From assembly GCA_965153355.1 (NCBI GenBank), contig OZ231126.1, positions 9,424,001 to 9,488,000 of the forward strand: a DNA stretch of 64,000 nucleotides, given 5' to 3'. Below, one piece after another: positions 58,560 through 64,000 of the stretch. Numbering within the stretch: the stretch's first letter is position 1; every line of letters starts with the position of its first letter. Source of the stretch: Flaccisagitta enflata. Taxonomy: Eukaryota. The translations under genes were made by a program, and so were the position numbers. A model generated the notes under the pieces. That model ran no database searches. It was not told the origin of the DNA and saw only the letters and a list, made by a program, of their open reading frames with translations.

Positions 58560-59722
58560 TGGTCGGTCCATCAGTTGGGCGGTTGGTCCCCTATTTTCTA
58601 TTTTGCCCAAGCGACCCTCTCCATCACTGCCCCTGCCCATCTGCACGCGACTGAGGTAGCCGTGTATCCGGCCTTGTTTATTAGATGCGTCCTCGCATCT
58701 CTATAATAGGCTGTGTCTGTAGGTCGGTTGGTCGGTTGGTTGGTTGGTCGGTAACGCATTCATGAAAAACATGGAAATCAAGCAGTTTTTCAACAAAAGA
58801 GTGGTTCTACCCCAGAAAAAGAAGCATACATCAAGTAATTCATTCATTCAATCATTCATTCATAAAAAAACATTCATTCATAAAAAAAACATTCATTCAT
58901 AAAAAACGTTTATTCAAAGAGGACGCATCGTTGGCCTACTTGGCCTTGTTTTTTTTATTCATTTCTTTTGATTTTTTTTTTTCATTCAGCGAGTAAGAAT
59001 GCCTGCAGAGGTGCTTCGGCGCAACAAAAGTGGATAACGTTAATTACGGTTTAAACGTAAGATTTGCTCCACTTTGGGTGCTTCACTAAGCAGTGGAGAA
59101 TTTCTGTTTCACCCTCTAGTGGTTAATTTCACTCATATTTTTTAGTCGCGTGCATGCGACTTTACAACCTGCTTTGTCCGTCCGTTGGTTGGTCGGTCGG
59201 TCACACTTTACTTTTTTTTATGATTTTATTTCTTTGACCTCACTGCTCCTGTCCAAATGGTCTGGTGACCTCAAATATGGCCCCTGCCCACCCGCACGCG
59301 ACTTTGGTAGCCGTATATCCAGCCTTGTTTTTCTATCAAAAAATTGTTTTTATTTTTTTCTATTTTATAAGCAATCTTTTTGTAAGACCTGATTAGTCAA
59401 TATGCTGACATTTTTTAAAGATAACCACAACTAAATTTTTATTTTTTTAGTATCATAATGCTGTTTTTAAGTTACCTTTTTTGTAGTTCATATTCTGATA
59501 CTGTTGTCTATTCTTATAAGTTTATGATTTTCTTAAACAATTGTCTTTTTAGTGATGAAAACTACACAGGATTTTGGTGATTACTGTGATTATTCTTGGA
59601 ACTTCAGAGCCAAAACGAAAATGGAAGAAAAGGACAGACAGGAATTTTGAAAAAAGATTTATCCACATTTTCATGTTCTTTATTCCTCTACATGATGTGA
59701 TAAGGTGTAGGGATACTTCCAC

Positions 59723-60005
59723 TTTTTAGATGCGTCCATCAGGAACGCATCTCTATAAGAGGGTCTGTCCGTCCAACAATCCGTCCGTCCGTTACGCTTC
59801 CTTAGAAATCGAAGTTTTTGGCACTTTTCAGTTGCGGCAACGTTACTTACCAAATCAAACACTCTTTTGTAGGCTTTGGGGTTGTTTCATCTGTTTGTCC
59901 GTCCTATCTGTCTTTCCATATATCTGACATGTCTAATTATCTATCGCCAAAGTAAATAAACGCAAGGACACAGTCAGGACGCATCTTTGCCTGGTCGGGC
60001 TTGTT
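59723..60005 (+). mobile_element. HINE, AGATGCGTCC subfamily (relatives 41214-41473, 58680-58950, 60650-60931, 62376-62666)
   Basis: T-run, agatgcgt-ccatcagga-acgcatct hairpin, (GTCC)n, 3' ggacgcatct, gcc..ggc hairpin, ttgtt end. Confidence 0.8.
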
Positions 60006-60517
60006 GCTATAAGAAGCACCCAACTGTTCCACCCAACTGGCAATCGGCGAATTGTGAAGCTGAGGTCGGAAAAAAACAAGGCTGGATACACGGCAATCCA
60101 GTCGCGGACGGTTGGGCTGGAGCGGTAATGCGAAAACCGCTCGGAATTCAAAAATGTTACCTACCGACTGACACGGCAAGGTGTAGAGTCTTGTGTCCGC
60201 GTCTAAAAAGGACATTGAGATTTACTAATAAACAACGAGAATGTTTTATCCGTTGCACGCAAACGGATTTGTGTAATTCCATAAAAACGAAACGAGGATC
60301 AACAATGCGAGAGTAATCCAATATGAGGGTAATCCAATGTCGTCGCTGTCTCACTAGATGTTGCTGAAGCTTTTGTTATCACTGTTAAAAAAATGACGAT
60401 TAAGGAGAAATATTCCAAGGCGTTAGAAGAAGGCGAAAAACATATATATGTGTGTTGTGGTAGTCACGATTTTGTCGCTGAACGATGTCATCGTTGTTGA
60501 TAATGTCGATGTACTCC

Positions 60518-60599
<82 letters not shown>
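60518..60599 (+). repeat. (TTG)n microsatellite
   Basis: Directly visible. Confidence 0.95.
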
Positions 60600-61355
60600 G
60601 CGCTAAATCAACAAATGTGGACGTCGGACCGACCGTAGCACGTAACTAGAACAAGCCCGACCGGGCAACGATGCGTCCGGGCTGTGTCTCAGCGTGTATT
60701 GATCATGTGACATATGTATGGAGAGACTGATGGACGAACAGACGGGTGAAAAGACTCTCAAAACATGTTGGTTGATCATTTGTTTCAGCGTAGGATCTCA
60801 CCGTGGCCAAAAACAGCCGAGAAACGCGGTTTTTGCACAGGCGTGACGGAACGACCGACGGACCGACGGACCGACCGACGGACGGACAGACCCTCTTATA
60901 GAGATGCGTTCCTGACGGACGCATCTAAAAAGGAGAGGGATAAGAAGAAACAATGCCAGATACACGGCTGTCGTGTGCGGGTGGGCAGGGGCCGTATTTA
61001 AGGTCACTGGAGCATTTGGACCAAAGACAAATGAATGCCATTGCACATAATACCAAGCCGTACATTCCCCCCCCCCCCACCTCGCGGACGGGTGGGCAGG
61101 TGCAGGAACAGAAAAGCGAAAAAACGCTCACCTTTTGTTTTGGTTACCAGTAGAAAGACGCACTGACCGACGAACCGACCAACGGGCGGACCGACAGAAA
61201 TTTCTAGAGTCGCGTGTCCGCGACTAAAAAGTGTATTTTCCAGATAATGATACAAACAATGGTAGCATTTCGCGTCATGGGAGTAATTGTCATTAATACA
61301 GTCGAGATGCTTTTTTTTCTCAATAAAAAGAGTGATACAGAACTTTAAAAAATCA

Positions 61356-61459
<104 letters not shown>

Positions 61460-61534
61460 AGAGAGAGGAGACAGAAAGACACAGACAGACAAAAAGACAG
61501 ACAGACAGACAGAAAAAGATAGAGATAGATAGAG

Positions 61535-61614
<80 letters not shown>

Positions 61615-61789
61615 TGCAGGCAGGATGAGGTTGGCCATGATTTTGTGGCGACTGAATTTGGTTGAACTCTCTTTCATTCTTGCTGGCTGAATTTCATCAA
61701 CTATGAGGCGGATCGAAATCGCGAACAAGATCCTCGGAGAGGGAGAGATAGAGTGAATGAGAGGAGGAAAAATATAGCGAAAGTAAGAC

Positions 61790-62230
61790 AGAAAGAAAGA
61801 AAAATAGAAAGAAAGAAAAAAAAAGAAAGAAAAAAAAAGAAAGAAAGAAAGAAAGAAAGAGAGTAAGAAAAATAGAGAGAAAGAAAGAAAGAAAGACAAA
61901 AAGAAAGACAAAAGAAGGAAAGAAAGAAAGGAGGAAAGAAAGAAAAAAAAGAATGAAAGAAAGAAAGAAAAATAGAAAGAAAGATAGAAAGAAAGAAAGA
62001 AAGAAAGAAAAGAGAAAGAAAGAAAGACAAATAGTAAGAAAGAAAAATAGAAAGAAAGAAAAATAGAAAGAGGGAAGGAAAGAAAAATTGTCAGAAAGAA
62101 AGAAAGAAAGAAAGAAATATAGAAAGAAAGAAAGAAAAAAAGAAAGAAAAAAAAAAGAAAGAAAGAATGAAAGAAAGAAAGAATGAAAGAAAGAAAGAAT
62201 GAAAGAAAGAAAGGAAAATAGAAAGAACGA

Positions 62231-62310
<80 letters not shown>

Positions 62311-62312
62311 AA
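61790..62312 (+). repeat. Degenerate (GAAA)n tract
   Basis: Directly visible; source of spurious F/L/S-rich ORFs. Confidence 0.92.
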
Positions 62313-62763
62313 ACCAGAAAGACAAAAGAAGGAAAAATGTAAAGATAAAAAGAAAAATGGTAATAAGAGAGATGGAACAAGCCCGATTGGGCAACGATGC
62401 GTCCGGGCTGTGTCTCAGCGTGTATTGATCATGTGATATATGTATGCAGAGACAGATGGACAAACAGACGGGTGAAAAGACTCTCAAAACATGATGGTTG
62501 ATCATTTGTTTCAGTGTAGGATCTCACGGTGGCCAAAAACAGCCGAGAAACGCGGTTTTTGCACAGGCGTAACGGACCGACGGACCGACCGACGGACGGA
62601 CGGACCGACCGACCGACGCACGGACGGACAGACCCTCTTATAGAGATGCGAGGACGCATCTAAAAAGGAAGGAAAGAAAGAAGGAGTGAGAGAATAAAAA
62701 AAGACAGAGTTACAGAAAAAGGTGGATAGGAAGAAAAAAACACAAAGAATGAGAGATAATGAC

Positions 62764-62985
62764 AAACAAGACCAACACCTATAAGTCGCGTGCGAGACTT
62801 ACAGATTGACTTACAATGACTTAGAATGACTTAAAATGACTTAGTTTACTCTAAAATGACTTAAAATGACTTATAGAAATAAAATTGATAAAAAAAGTAA
62901 AATGTGACTGACCAACCACCCAACCGACCGACCAACCGACCGACGGACAAAGCGGGGTGTAGAGTCGCGTGCACGCGACTAAAAA
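62764..62985 (-). mobile_element. HINE of the same subfamily as 906-1454 with a short central array
   Basis: Shares both termini with 906-1454 but has only about 6 aatgactta(a/g) units. Confidence 0.85.
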
Positions 62986-63514
62986 TGATTTTTAAAGAAA
63001 GCAGAGGACAAACAAAACAAAGACAGATGGATGGAAAGAAATTTCCAAACAAAGACAAATTTGAAAGAAAAAAAAGAATGCAAGAGGGGAAATATAAAAA
63101 TAAAGCAAGTGGAAAAGAAAGAAAAGAGAAAACGGAGAAACAAAGAGAAAGTCATAAAAGAATGTGAAGTGTAGAGAAAGAAAAGAAAGAGAGAAAGAGA
63201 GAAAGAAAAGAGAAAAACACAGAGAGTGAAAACAAAGGGAGAAAAATAAAAAGAATGAATAAACGAAATAAATGAATGAATGAAACCGTAAAAAACGACC
63301 AGGTTTGCAAGAAAGTTATATGTCGCCAAGAAAAAGCAGCAGAACAAGTGACGCGGGGTCACAATATCATTGCGGCCGGGTGGGCAGGGGCATTCAACCC
63401 CCATTTACACCCAACCCCTATCCCAACACTCACACAAGCATATAAAATGCTCGTTTCCCACTTTTTGAATCATACTCACGGACCGACTGACGGACCGACG
63501 GATAAAGCCTCTTA

Positions 63515-63846
63515 CCATCTTGCTCAAAAATATCGTCTCACCTTTATAGCCTGTTTGTGAGTAAACTACTTAAAAAACCATATTAAAATCTTTGACCTCT
63601 AGAAAGAGCAAGAAAAAGTCTTTAAAATGCTGCCAAGCAGAACTCAGTAGCTTAATTTGTTTAGATTTTAAAGCCAAATAGGTCTCTTTCTGAAAATCCT
63701 TCATCCATGTCCATGAATACAAAGAATATTTAGTTACGTAAGGGCCTATACTTAGTATTTGTACAGAAAAATATATTTTGATACAAAAATCAACAACAAT
63801 GAATTACTGTTTTGTTTTACTGAGACGATATTTTTGAGCAAGATGG
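63515..63846. mobile_element. TA-flanked MITE inserted into a HINE
   Basis: 26-bp perfect TIR ccatcttgctcaaaaatatcgtctca; the empty site gcctctTAtagagttgcg is seen at ~50768. Confidence 0.92.
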
Positions 63847-63873
63847 TATAGAGTTGCGTGTCCGCAACTATGA

Positions 63874-63986
<113 letters not shown>

Positions 63987-64000
63987 ACTAGGAAGGGGAG

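Overview
This is repeat-dense animal (invertebrate-type) genomic DNA, not prokaryotic. The only host gene I can support is a junctophilin (MORN-repeat ER/SR-plasma membrane tether) on the minus strand. I reconstructed it by hand from splice signals and phase: start exon 50945-50885, then 40096-39722, 27203-26758, 26450-26053, 22848-22730, a probable 90-nt exon 17893-17804 and a 180-nt exon 16259-16080. The C-terminal transmembrane exon is not in the window. A near-identical direct duplication (1-6531 vs 15035-21006) repeats the last two exons (3460-3371, 1800-1621), and both are phase 1-1. Between the copies lies a heavily frameshifted BEL/Pao retrotransposon body (6532-14451) with no visible LTRs or TSD, whose left junction falls inside a 30-bp palindrome. 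This could be a real intragenic duplication or an uncollapsed haplotype/misassembly. The introns hold roughly 35 Helentron/DINE-1-like non-autonomous elements in several subfamilies, many TIR MITEs with verifiable TSDs (TA, 3, 8, 9 bp and TTAA-like, often nested), tandem arrays (10, 12, 21, 52, ~78 and ~155 bp units) and long microsatellites. Most ORF-track entries are microsatellite artefacts. I found no CRISPR array, rRNA or tRNA, and no clear-cut novel system; the findings are candidates for follow-up.
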